A stretch of 64,000 bases of DNA from positions 896,001 through 960,000 of the forward strand of contig OZ242326.1 of NCBI GenBank assembly GCA_965208325.1. The letters run 5' to 3'. Below, one piece after another: positions 47,734 to 57,805 of this stretch. The DNA is from Candidatus Poribacteria bacterium. Its GTDB lineage: Bacteria; Poribacteria; WGA-4E; PCPOR2b. The notes beneath the pieces were generated by a model. That model saw only the letters and a program-made list of their open reading frames with translations, had not been told where the DNA came from and ran no database searches. The translations under genes were made by a program, and so were the position numbers. Position 1 is the stretch's first letter; each line of letters starts with the position of its first letter.

Positions 47734-48021
47734 TGCGAATACACACCGAACGTATACCCAGACGAAGCCATTTCAGATAAATGAACATGCCGAAGGACAA
47801 AATCAGAAATCTCCCCCTATCCACGTTACGATTAGGTGAACGGTGGGCTAGCCTTACCTACCGGTTTGTCGAATTGTGAAGCATTTTGGACTTGTTTCGA
47901 TTTATCTTTTACACGGCGTTATACAAATTCCTAATGTGAATGTGAAGACCGCCAGATATTGAGTAACAATACTATTAAGACAAAAAGTCCCCCAATTCCC
48001 AAATCAGATTGAGGCCTTCAG

Positions 48022-49662
48022 ATGAATCAAAGAAACATCGCGATCAAACCGGCGATGGAACTCGCTGGCCAAAATCTAATCAACATGCTCCACCCCGACT
48101 ATGATTATCTGCCCTCCTTTTTGATTGCCGTTGATCACGATTACAAAGCCGACCGACAGTTCTTTTTCATGACGCATAACATCGGACGTTGGGTCGACGC
48201 GATGTATCGGCTTGAGGCAGCCACAGGCTTCGCCGCACCCGAAGACATTCAGGAGGCCATGTTTTGCCACATAAAGGCGTTCTGTGACAACCCGGACGAC
48301 CTCTTTTTACGTCCGCTGGACAAGTTGCCCTATGGCGAGGGAGACCTTTTTTGCTTCCATTCCCTCCGGGAGCATCTAGCCGCGTTTTGCATGCTCGGGA
48401 AGGTCAAGAAGAATCAATGGGCCCTCGATAGTGCCCACCGAATGCTCGTGAAACTGGAAAGTCTTCTCCTTCCTCGTGACGAGTGGGTCGCCGAGCAACG
48501 GGTCTGGGACATTGAGAATACGAAACGATACATGCATCTCGGCCTAAAGAAGATACACCCGGGGTGGAACCTCAACTTACAGGGTTCCGAAGGCAGACTC
48601 ATTGAGCCACTGATTTGGTATTATGAGCTGACCGGCGACGTGCTGGCACTGAATCTCGCTGATCGCTTTGCCCGCTTCCACCTTGACTATTCCACGTCAC
48701 CGGATGGCGCTTTTTACGGAGGATCCCTGGCGGGCCACAATCACTCGTACATGGGGACAATTCGGGGGCTTCTCGCATATGGACGATTCAGCGGCCAGCA
48801 CGAATACGTTGATGCTGTCGCCAAGACTTATCAAGCGGCGTTCCCAACCATAATCACTCCGTCTGGATACTGCACCCACGATCTCGACAAAGAAATGGGC
48901 GGCGACATCTCGTCAGCAGGAGACGTCGCACAGATTGCGCTTTGGCTCGGGATATATCACGGGTACACAGACTACCTTGACGACGTCCAACGCATTGTGG
49001 TTTCCCGTCTACTTCCGTGCCAAATTACGGCAAGCCCGCCTTTACAGCCAAAAGATCCGGAACGAAAGCCGCGTCAAGCGTACCTCCCGGACGGCCGCTT
49101 AGCTTTTTTCGACTACCCGGAAAACATGGAACACATCATTATCGGGGCGCTCGGCGGAATATATGGTCATCCGTACGGAGCCAAGTGGTCAGTCGTGGAC
49201 GTCACTGCATCGGCATTGCACAGTCTCGTCGACGTCTACAACCACGTCGCACACGAGACGGGAAACGAGATTCGCGTCTATTTCCACTTCGACTACGACA
49301 CCGACTTCGTGAAAATCAGCAGTGAGCACAGCGAGGACGGTGAGATTGCCACGCTCACCATTGAGCCCAAGGTCCGGAAGAACCTTTGGGTGCGCATCCC
49401 CGGATGGGTGCCAAGTGATTCTCTTCGTGTCACGGTCAACGGTAATACCACCACGGCGAGGGTAAGTCAATATTTGGTCGTAAACGCCAACGACCTGCCC
49501 GGACGTGTGCAGTTGAAGTATGTACGACCCATGCGCAAGAGCGTGGAGCGCGTTGACGGAATTGACTATGAACTCACCTGGCGGGGCGATGAAGTCGTCG
49601 GTATTTGCCCAAATACTGGCTTTTACCCGTTCTATACGTCGACCTCCGGGTGCGATGGATAG
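48022..49662 (+). CDS. Divergent GH127-like (alpha/alpha)6-barrel protein lacking the Zn-binding cysteines
   Basis: Colinear with the 12.9/14.7 kb paralogs ('EGR', 'ALNLADRFAR', 'H.H', 'ALWL', 'Y.DD..R', 'VRIPGW', 'W.GDEVV.I.P...YPFY'). Confidence 0.6.
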   Translation: MNQRNIAIKPAMELAGQNLINMLHPDYDYLPSFLIAVDHDYKADRQFFFMTHNIGRWVDAMYRLEAATGFAAPEDIQEAMFCHIKAFCDNPDDLFLRPLDKLPYGEGDLFCFHSLREHLAAFCMLGKVKKNQWALDSAHRMLVKLESLLLPRDEWVAEQRVWDIENTKRYMHLGLKKIHPGWNLNLQGSEGRLIEPLIWYYELTGDVLALNLADRFARFHLDYSTSPDGAFYGGSLAGHNHSYMGTIRGLLAYGRFSGQHEYVDAVAKTYQAAFPTIITPSGYCTHDLDKEMGGDISSAGDVAQIALWLGIYHGYTDYLDDVQRIVVSRLLPCQITASPPLQPKDPERKPRQAYLPDGRLAFFDYPENMEHIIIGALGGIYGHPYGAKWSVVDVTASALHSLVDVYNHVAHETGNEIRVYFHFDYDTDFVKISSEHSEDGEIATLTIEPKVRKNLWVRIPGWVPSDSLRVTVNGNTTTARVSQYLVVNANDLPGRVQLKYVRPMRKSVERVDGIDYELTWRGDEVVGICPNTGFYPFYTSTSGCDG

Positions 49663-49955
49663 TGTGTTGTGCCGCATTGATGCCCATTGATTGTGAACAT
49701 GGACAGCGCCGTTGAGGCTATTACTTCACCACCGGCCATCTGCCAGTGCGTGAAGCTCGGTTTGATTGGCGAATCATCTTCGGCGCGGGTGGCGCGTTTT
49801 TAATCACTCTGACGCAAAAACGAGAAAAACCAATCCCGGAAATCGGTGAATAGGCAAAGTTAACCTATCCCAAGAACTGCGTCGCGCGGTGTATCGTATC
49901 CAAGAATCGTTGATTCAGGGCAGCCGACCAATAGCACATCAGGAGAGAAATCATA

Positions 49956-50056
49956 ATGGGTGAAGCTAATATCGGACTCTTCGGATTGGCTGTGACGGCG
50001 AAAACCCTACCCTGAATAATGGATAAGGGCCTTCGCTTAGCTACATTCAATCGCGC
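49956..50056 (+). pseudogene. gnd: Degenerate 5' fragment of 6-phosphogluconate dehydrogenase
   Basis: AGGAGA RBS + ATG. Across two frameshifts it reads MGEANIGLFGLAV / GENPTLN / MDKGLRLATFNR, matching the Gnd N-terminus IG.IGLAVMG.NLALN...KG...A..NR. Confidence 0.7.
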
Positions 50057-50192
50057 ACTTCCAGAGTTTTCAGGGCTTTAACGAAGGATGAGTAAGGAGG
50101 TCGGACGTTTCGGGCAAAACCACAAGAGCAAAGGAGGAAATCGCTAGTTGCTACTAATTTGAAATTAGAGCGTGCGTTGCGATGAGTTAAAT

Positions 50193-50696
50193 ATGATTTT
50201 AGAACGTTGGGTTGTATCCTTATCAAAATATAAGAAACTTACCGTAAAAATTGCCGACCGGCTGATTGATCGTATCAATCTTGAACCGATGGAAGATGAC
50301 GACGGAAATGTCGGTGTAAAAGCGGTATGGGTTGGCGAATCCGGTAAGAATAGTATTGAAGTTAACACTCAGTCTTTGAAGGGGCACATTCAAACTGACG
50401 GCGATCGTGCTCCGACCATTGAGTATTGGCAAAAAGGGGAAACACGCGGTTTCGGGTTAGGGCATCCAAAAAGCGTTTCCTGTGAACTTGATGAAAAGAC
50501 GCTGCGTAAAATTTTAACCCCCAAAGCTGCAGGAATCGCCATGGCTGCGGGTGCAGCAATTGGATTGGCGGGCTGGTTTGCTACTGCAATCGCTAGCCGG
50601 GTGACGCTCGCTAAGCAGGAATCGGAAACATCTTCGCCGTCGTTAACCGATTCTCAGACAGCCGGTATGGACGGTGAAATTGACGACGATGCATAA
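50193..50696 (+). CDS. Hypothetical protein with C-terminal hydrophobic helix
   Basis: Long ORF; Ala/Gly-rich TM segment near the C-terminus; start uncertain. Confidence 0.5.
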   Translation: MILERWVVSLSKYKKLTVKIADRLIDRINLEPMEDDDGNVGVKAVWVGESGKNSIEVNTQSLKGHIQTDGDRAPTIEYWQKGETRGFGLGHPKSVSCELDEKTLRKILTPKAAGIAMAAGAAIGLAGWFATAIASRVTLAKQESETSSPSLTDSQTAGMDGEIDDDA

Positions 50697-50774
50697 ATCA
50701 CATCTCATCGGCTCAAAGTCGAGATAGCATTTCGCGATGCGCCGAAGACGGGTTGGCTCGCCGCGCCTAATTTC

Positions 50775-51695
50775 CTACCAATTGGGATCGTATTCCCAAT
50801 CTACTTGCTGTCTTCCGTACCGCTTGTCGTTGTAAACAGTCTGATGGCAATCGAGGCACCTGTCATAGAGACTCACGCCGTGAAGCTCATGCGCAAGCTC
50901 AATTTCCGGTGTGTTGTGAACGTGGCAGGTTCGGCAGGTGTATGTTCTGTAGTTTAAATCGGTGTAGATGTTCAGTTCGGAAGCCTCTTTCCGCACGAAG
51001 TATTTCCGCCCGTTTTTTGTGTCGGTCATCAGCCACTCACTACCCTTCGTTTTCATCGAAATCCCCGTATCCTCGGATATAGGAATGCCGCGAATGTCAA
51101 ACTCCCATTGTACATCTTCCGGAAGCCTATCTGCTTTGTCAAACTCTTTCTGCAATCCCGCATCAAAACTGAACAACCGTGAATCGGCGGCGTGGCAGCG
51201 TACACAAGGCACGTCGTGAACCCGCGCCAAAGGAAAGAATTCGTCGTGATCGAGCTTTTCACGCCCGTGCACGACGATGCCAAGCATTAAGATTGGGGCA
51301 AGTGCCAGATGCACGCGAAGTAGAATTCGTCTTGCCCGCCGCGCCGTTAGACTCACCGCGATTCCTGTCCCAAGGTTGAGCAAAGCTAGAATGAACGTCA
51401 GCCAAGAGTGCCAAGCGAGAGGGTCAAACGCGGAGTGAATAACGACAAGGCACAGTCCAAAAGACGCCAGCCTTTGATGAAACTTGAGCCAGGTTTGCCG
51501 GTTACCCCACCGAATTAGTCGTGTCCTTAGAATGTAACCGCTTGCAATCAGGATAGCTATCGCACCAATGAAACTGAGTGTATGCCGTACTTCGCCGAAT
51601 CCCGATTTCCATAACCCAAAGGGTGACATTATCGACACGAACGCGACGATAACTGCTACGGCAGCTCCGTATCCAATCTGTATAAACGGGTTCAT
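50775..51695 (-). CDS. Membrane protein with cytochrome-b-like TM His residues fused to a triheme cytochrome c domain
   Basis: ~5 TM helices with conserved His (FHQ, IHS, VHL, VHG); CVRCH, CRTCH, CLDCH. Confidence 0.7.
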   Translation of the reverse strand: MNPFIQIGYGAAVAVIVAFVSIMSPFGLWKSGFGEVRHTLSFIGAIAILIASGYILRTRLIRWGNRQTWLKFHQRLASFGLCLVVIHSAFDPLAWHSWLTFILALLNLGTGIAVSLTARRARRILLRVHLALAPILMLGIVVHGREKLDHDEFFPLARVHDVPCVRCHAADSRLFSFDAGLQKEFDKADRLPEDVQWEFDIRGIPISEDTGISMKTKGSEWLMTDTKNGRKYFVRKEASELNIYTDLNYRTYTCRTCHVHNTPEIELAHELHGVSLYDRCLDCHQTVYNDKRYGRQQVDWEYDPNW

Positions 51696-51773
51696 AATGT
51701 GGAATTGCCCATTTTAGCGAACGAAGGGTCAATGATGAATGGATTATTAATAATTCATGAATTGCGCCCTGCT

Positions 51774-52721
51774 TCAATTTTCGTCAACGATTTCATCGGA
51801 GCTTGCAGGAAGCGTTAAATCCATGAATAGGTTGTCCAACCAGCGTTCGGTCTTTTGAAAACTCAAAATCGCGGCGCCTGCATGAATCAAATCCTTAAGC
51901 AGATTGGAAACTTCAATCTCTGTCATCTGTGAATCAATCAGAATCCGCGAACCCGTCACCTCACACGACATGAAATTAGACCTGTCGTGCAAGAGGGCTT
52001 CTGCTTTATCAATACCCTCCATTACATCTATTTCGATTCGATGGCTTCGTGTAATCTGACCGGCGATTTCAGCAACGTCTCCATTCAATGCAAAATTACC
52101 TTTATCCAGAATTGCCAACCGGTTGCAGGTTGCGGCTACATCTGCGGGCCGATTCGTGCTTAAGACCACTGTTTTTCCCATTGCCCCAAGCTCAACAATT
52201 AACGCCTGCATCTCAATCTGTCCCCGCACATCTAACGCCGAGAGCGTCTCATCTAGAATCCAGATTTGCGGATCGTGCAAAAATGTCTTTGCGAGGCAAA
52301 GCCTGCGTTTTTGTCCCAGAGAGAGTTGTGCGGTTTTCTGCTTGCGGAGTTCACCCAAATCCATCAGATCCAGGACATCTTTCATGCACCCAGCACGCAA
52401 CGCACGGTCTAATTTGTATGCGGAAGCGAAAAAATCAAGATACTCCCAAACAGAGAGATCGGGATAGCCGTCAAAGGTTTGAGGTACATACCCCATGAGC
52501 GGACGGACTCTATTCAGATTGGCAAATGCATCATAACCAGCGATTTCGACAACGCCAGAGGTAGGCTTGACAAGAGTCGCAAGAATCCTCAGTAGAAGCG
52601 ATTTGCCGGCACCATTTACGCCTAGCAGGGCAAACCGATCTCCTTCGGCGAGATTCAAATTGATGTCCCAAAAGATCTGCCTTTGCTGGATAGATTTGCA
52701 TAACTGTTGAACACGAATCAT
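51774..52721 (-). CDS. ABC transporter ATP-binding protein (DrrA/CcmA-like)
   Basis: GVNGAGKS, Q-loop, LSLGQ, ILDE. Confidence 0.9.
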   Translation of the reverse strand: MIRVQQLCKSIQQRQIFWDINLNLAEGDRFALLGVNGAGKSLLLRILATLVKPTSGVVEIAGYDAFANLNRVRPLMGYVPQTFDGYPDLSVWEYLDFFASAYKLDRALRAGCMKDVLDLMDLGELRKQKTAQLSLGQKRRLCLAKTFLHDPQIWILDETLSALDVRGQIEMQALIVELGAMGKTVVLSTNRPADVAATCNRLAILDKGNFALNGDVAEIAGQITRSHRIEIDVMEGIDKAEALLHDRSNFMSCEVTGSRILIDSQMTEIEVSNLLKDLIHAGAAILSFQKTERWLDNLFMDLTLPASSDEIVDEN

Positions 52722-52814
52722 GATTTGTCCATCCTAGAGACTCCGGCAAAGGGAATAAACACAATTCGAAGTGAATTCTTCATCTACTACCGTGTGTTGA
52801 TTCCGTTGCACGCT

Positions 52815-53915
52815 TTAGATTCCACGGTTGGCGTTTAGGAGTTTTGTATGGATGGGCTTCCAGTCACTCCGTCGATTACTGATGAGAATTAATCTATCTG
52901 TCGGTTGGATTTCAAATTCGGGAGGCGGGTTGATCCAGTGCTGGCTGTTTCGGATTATCCCAACTAATATGACCTGCGCGCCCAATTCCATGAGAAGAGA
53001 CTGTAGTTCGAAAAAGCGCAATCCACCAATCTCGACAGGTTCAGTATACAACTCACTTCCTTCAGCTTGAGTCAGCAGTTCCGCAATGGCGTGAGAAAGC
53101 CCATGATCTCGTACCTCTTGTGCTAATACTTTGGCTGCGATGTTACCTGTAGGTATGACCGCATCACAGTTGAACGCTCGGAAGAGTGCTAGATGTCCAA
53201 TGCTGGCGCACTCAACAATGGTTCTGACCTTGGGGTTGAGGGTTTCAATTAGGGAAACAATTGAGGAAGTGATGGCGTCTGCAGCATGTTCATCGGTCCC
53301 CGGCGTAAGAATTACCGACGCATATGCCCTTGCAATATTAGCTCTATTTAGCGATTCGTCTTGCAACGGAGATCCACGGACAAAATAGACATTCGGATTG
53401 TTGAAAGGGATTTCCTCGATGTTATCCGTCAGGATAACAACGGATCTATCGGATGTCACCGAATCCGACGCGAGCTGGTCTATAATCGCGGCGACCCTCA
53501 ATTCAGAGGGGAAATTTACGATGACGATATGATCTTCAACAAGATCCCGGCAATCAATGTGTCCGAAACGGCGGTTGTTCTGTCCTTCCACGGCAAGGTC
53601 TACAATCTGGGTAATGACATAGGGGAATGATGCTAACCCAACCAGATATATCAGTATAATTGTAGCGATTCTCCCGCCTACAGTTGCAGCAGAATAATCC
53701 CCGTACCCAACTGTTGTTATTGTCGTAAAAGTCGCCCAGACGGAATCCCAAAGCGACAGCTTACTACTCTCTGCACGTTCAAAAGAATAGAAAGTTATTG
53801 AGTGTAGAATAATACAAAGCAAAACTATGCCGAGTACCGCTGTGATACGTCGAATATGACGATTATGATACGCACGACGCATGCGGCGGTAGAACCGAAG
53901 ACTTATGGTTAGCAT
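52815..53915 (-). CDS. Potassium channel with RCK (TrkA-N/C) domains
   Basis: TTVGYGD selectivity filter; 2 TM helices + RCK. Confidence 0.92.
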   Translation of the reverse strand: MLTISLRFYRRMRRAYHNRHIRRITAVLGIVLLCIILHSITFYSFERAESSKLSLWDSVWATFTTITTVGYGDYSAATVGGRIATIILIYLVGLASFPYVITQIVDLAVEGQNNRRFGHIDCRDLVEDHIVIVNFPSELRVAAIIDQLASDSVTSDRSVVILTDNIEEIPFNNPNVYFVRGSPLQDESLNRANIARAYASVILTPGTDEHAADAITSSIVSLIETLNPKVRTIVECASIGHLALFRAFNCDAVIPTGNIAAKVLAQEVRDHGLSHAIAELLTQAEGSELYTEPVEIGGLRFFELQSLLMELGAQVILVGIIRNSQHWINPPPEFEIQPTDRLILISNRRSDWKPIHTKLLNANRGI

Positions 53916-54140
53916 TGTCTCTCCTTTACACAGGAATGCAAATACAACATGAGGTTATTCTACCACAGAAGGAATCCCTATCATAACAAAAAATCGTGCC
54001 CGATGAATTTCCGAATGGCACGTGCGCGGCAGTTGAACATCATGAGCAACACGGGGTACAATTTCCCTTTATATTTGAGATTATCTATAGTAAAATATGC
54101 GCTGTGAAAATAGAGTCATAGCTGGAATAGAGGACATGTC

Positions 54141-55835
54141 ATGCCAAAAATGACCGGTTCCAAATTTATCGCCGAGACATTAAAGGGGTACGGCGTTAGG
54201 ACGATTTTCTTCGTACCCGCGATTTTGAGAGGCGTCCTTGTAGAAGCGGAGAAGTTAGGTATAAAACGAGTGCTCTGCCATTCCGAGAAAGCCGCGGCAT
54301 ACATGGCAGACGGTTACGCTCGAGCGTCGTATGGACCGGGGGTTGCCATGGCGCAGTCCGTAGGCGCAGCTAATCTTGCCGCCGGGTTGCAGGATGCCTA
54401 TCTGGCGCTGTCACCGGTACTTGCGGTTACGGGTCGGCTACCGCCGTACTACCGGTACCGCCACGCATACCAGGAAATCGATCATTGGCCGCTATATGAA
54501 CCAGTAACAAAGTATAACGCTTTCGTTGATGCGGTTGACGAGTTGCCTGTTTTGCTGCGCCAGGCTTTTCGAGAAGCGATTTCCGGCGCGCCAGGTCCGG
54601 TTCACTTGGAATTGTTGGGATTTCAGGGCGAAATTGTTGCCGAAGCTGAAGCCGACTTAGAAGTGATAATTGAGGAAACATACACGCAATGTCCACCGTT
54701 TCGCACTGAACCTGAAGCGGAATTGGTCAAACAAGCGTCTGCGCTTCTCGCGCAAGCGGAACGGCCTGTCATAGTTGCAGGCGGCGGTGTTGCTGTGTCC
54801 AATGCGAGTTCAGAGATTGTCGAATTGGCAGAGATGCTTTCTATACCCGTGGCAACGTCTCTGAACGGCAAGGGGAGTATCCCGGAAAATCATCCTTTAT
54901 CTGTAGGCGTCGTCGGTACCTACTCCCGTTGGTGCGCCAATCAGCTAGTCTCCGAAGCAGACCTAGTGCTTTTTGTGGGAAGCCATACGGGCGGCCAAGT
55001 TTCCCACTTCTGGCAGGTGCCAAGACACGGTACTAAAGTCATTCAAATTGACATAAATCCCTCAGCAATTGGGCAAAATTATCCGGCGCAAGTGGCTATG
55101 TTCGGCGATGCCAAGGTGACCTTACGGCGCCTCATCGAGGCCATAGCGCCAACCCTCGCGCCCACCAGCCGGAGCAATCCTTGGACTGCTCGAGTAAGCC
55201 ATTTGGTAGCACAGTGGCGAAAAGAACTTGAACCGCATTTCAACTCCGAATCAGTGCCAATCCGACCTGAGCGGCTGTGCAATGAAATTTGTGAATTCCT
55301 TCCTTCCGATGCCGTTCTAGTTTCTGACACGGGACACGCCGGCATCTGGTCGGGAACGATGATTGACCTTAAAACTCCCGGCCAGCGTTATCTACGATGC
55401 GCGGGTTCTCTAGGGTGGGGTTTTCCGGCCGCCTTGGGCGCGAAATGCGCTGTCCCCGAGAAGCCTGTGATTTGCTTTACTGGTGATGGGGGTTTCTGGT
55501 ACCATCTCAGCGAGTTAGAGACTGCGGTTCGCTGCGGAATTAATACTGTGACCGTGATTAACAATAACCATTCGCTGAATCAGGACAAAGCGGGCGTGGA
55601 CCGCGCATACGGCAATGCGGCCGCAGGCAACCGCGAGGAACTTTGGGTGTTTGACGACGCGGATTTCTCGAAAATTGCGCAGTCCATGGGCGGTTTCGGG
55701 ATTCGGGTGGAGCGTCCCGCAGATATTCAGACCGCCTTGGAGCAGGCATTGGCTTCAGGCAAACCATCGGTGGTGGATATATCAAGCGATATCAACGCCT
55801 TCGCACCATTACCCCACGTTCCAGAGATTGATTAG
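54141..55835 (+). CDS. Thiamine-diphosphate-dependent enzyme (acetolactate synthase large subunit family)
   Basis: 'SEKAAAYMADGYAR', 'GSLGWGFPAALG', 'GDGG...NN'. Confidence 0.9.
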   Translation: MPKMTGSKFIAETLKGYGVRTIFFVPAILRGVLVEAEKLGIKRVLCHSEKAAAYMADGYARASYGPGVAMAQSVGAANLAAGLQDAYLALSPVLAVTGRLPPYYRYRHAYQEIDHWPLYEPVTKYNAFVDAVDELPVLLRQAFREAISGAPGPVHLELLGFQGEIVAEAEADLEVIIEETYTQCPPFRTEPEAELVKQASALLAQAERPVIVAGGGVAVSNASSEIVELAEMLSIPVATSLNGKGSIPENHPLSVGVVGTYSRWCANQLVSEADLVLFVGSHTGGQVSHFWQVPRHGTKVIQIDINPSAIGQNYPAQVAMFGDAKVTLRRLIEAIAPTLAPTSRSNPWTARVSHLVAQWRKELEPHFNSESVPIRPERLCNEICEFLPSDAVLVSDTGHAGIWSGTMIDLKTPGQRYLRCAGSLGWGFPAALGAKCAVPEKPVICFTGDGGFWYHLSELETAVRCGINTVTVINNNHSLNQDKAGVDRAYGNAAAGNREELWVFDDADFSKIAQSMGGFGIRVERPADIQTALEQALASGKPSVVDISSDINAFAPLPHVPEID

Positions 55836-55872
55836 CCCGTCGGAAGGATAGATATACCTCGTATATCTGAAA

Positions 55873-57138
55873 ATGTACAAGACTGAAATCCTATCGCGAA
55901 TACCATCCAAAATTCTAGCCGTGTTGCAGGAGATTGGGCAACTTGCCGATGAAACCGGCCTGTCTGCTTATGCTGTCGGCGGCATGGTCCGTGATTTACT
56001 GCTTATTCGTGAAAATTCGGATTTTGATGTCGTCGTGGAAGGAGATGCTATCGGCTTGGCTCAATGTCTATTCAAAAGATGGGAGGGCAAAATCCACGTG
56101 CACAGCGACTTCGGCACAGGAACATTGACCCGCAGCGATGGGCTCAAAATTGATTTTGTGAGCGCACGACGCGAAACTTATCCACGCCCGGGTGCGTTAC
56201 CCTTCATTAGATTCGGCACAATTTTGGACGACCTCCGCCGCCGCGATTTTTCGATAAATGCGCTTGCTATGTCACTCAATCCTGCCACCATCGGGGAACT
56301 TGTAGACTGCACAAGCGGGTTGAGAGACTTGCAGAGCGGAGAAATTCGCACGCTGCACGATAGAAGTTTCATAGACGATCCAACCCGCCTATTTCGGGCG
56401 ATTCGATACGAAGGACGTTATGGTTTTCAAATCGTGGACAGCGATCAGAAACACATGTTCGATGCGATTGGCAAAGGAGTTTTGGATTTAATTAGCGGCC
56501 AACGTATTCGAAACGAAATCAACCGCATTTTGCCGGAAACATCGGCGCCAAAAATTATTCGCCGAATGGAAGAATTTGACATCTTTCAAAATATTCACAC
56601 AGGGTGGCAACCGCCAGAAAACTTTGATGCACTCTGCGACGCTGCCCGCCAAGCCGCTGATTGGGCAGATAAGCATCTCGTGAAGGACTCAGTTGAAAAG
56701 GCGTCGCTGTTTTGGATGGCGTTGCTGCGTGACGGCTCTGTCATTGAATCTGTTAAAGACCGATTATCGTTGGATAATCAGTTAAGTAAAATACTTGTTG
56801 CGAAGGCGCGGTTGGGAAATGTGTTAGCTAAGTTATCGGTGCATTCCGAGCGGAGCCAAGTTTATAAATTATTGAAATCATACCCTATAGAAGCCTTGGC
56901 GTTTTCTATCGCAGAACCTGAACAGCCTCAATGGTGTGCCGCAAAAATTAAGGAATATTTGACAGATTTGAGGCTTGCCCAACCTTTGATTAACGGAGCG
57001 GATCTTATCCAATTGAATTTGACACCGGGACCAAAATTTGCAGAGATGCTGTGGAATACGTTTGCGGCGCAGTTAGATGGAAAAATACAAAGTAAACAGG
57101 AGGCTTTCCAAATTTTAGGAAGATTCAATGAGAATTGA
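55873..57138 (+). CDS. cca: tRNA nucleotidyltransferase (class II; possibly A-adding type)
   Basis: 'VGGMVRDLL', 'DFDVV', 'RRDFSINA', 'SFIDDPTR'. Confidence 0.88.
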   Translation: MYKTEILSRIPSKILAVLQEIGQLADETGLSAYAVGGMVRDLLLIRENSDFDVVVEGDAIGLAQCLFKRWEGKIHVHSDFGTGTLTRSDGLKIDFVSARRETYPRPGALPFIRFGTILDDLRRRDFSINALAMSLNPATIGELVDCTSGLRDLQSGEIRTLHDRSFIDDPTRLFRAIRYEGRYGFQIVDSDQKHMFDAIGKGVLDLISGQRIRNEINRILPETSAPKIIRRMEEFDIFQNIHTGWQPPENFDALCDAARQAADWADKHLVKDSVEKASLFWMALLRDGSVIESVKDRLSLDNQLSKILVAKARLGNVLAKLSVHSERSQVYKLLKSYPIEALAFSIAEPEQPQWCAAKIKEYLTDLRLAQPLINGADLIQLNLTPGPKFAEMLWNTFAAQLDGKIQSKQEAFQILGRFNEN

Positions 57139-57805
57139 TCCGGCTGAAGCAATCTTACGAGTAGTGCAGTTTATTATTTTACTCACTTTTCACGAATGGG
57201 GCCATGCGAAATCCGCGAACATGCTAGGCGATCCCACCGCTGAGGATGAGGGTCGAATGACATTCAATCCTGCGGCCCATATTGACATTATTGGAACCGT
57301 GATGCTGCCGTTGATTGGCACGCTCTTTGGTGGATTGTTTTTTGGTTGGGCGAAACCCGTGCCCGTTAATCCTTACAATCTGAGAAATCCCAAACGCGAC
57401 TTGATGATAATTGCAGCCGCGGGACCGATTATGAACATTCTCTGCACAATCGTGATTTTAGGATGCCTATCAATTCTGTCCTTAGCGATTGGCTTCCCTG
57501 ATAACAGTTCGGCAATACAATCTCTAATCTATGAACAGTTGGAGATTTCAGCAGTTATTAGCGTATTTTTGGCTGTATTCAATATGCTCCCAATTTTCCC
57601 GCTTGATGGATACAGCGTATTATACGGTCTATTGCCATGGAAGCAAGCCCGATCGTTCGAAAGGTCGCGCCCTTATGGCATGATGATATTAATGGGAATC
57701 ATCTTTATCCCCAGCCTATTGAGAATACCAAATCCGGTCTTTGAACTTATGAGGTTTGTTACTGCAAACATCTTTTACCTAGTTCAAATTCTTGTCAGAT
57801 TGTAA
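57128..57805 (+). CDS. Site-2 protease (M50 family)
   Basis: HEWGH and 'FNMLPIFPLDG'. Confidence 0.92.
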   Translation: MRIDPAEAILRVVQFIILLTFHEWGHAKSANMLGDPTAEDEGRMTFNPAAHIDIIGTVMLPLIGTLFGGLFFGWAKPVPVNPYNLRNPKRDLMIIAAAGPIMNILCTIVILGCLSILSLAIGFPDNSSAIQSLIYEQLEISAVISVFLAVFNMLPIFPLDGYSVLYGLLPWKQARSFERSRPYGMMILMGIIFIPSLLRIPNPVFELMRFVTANIFYLVQILVRL

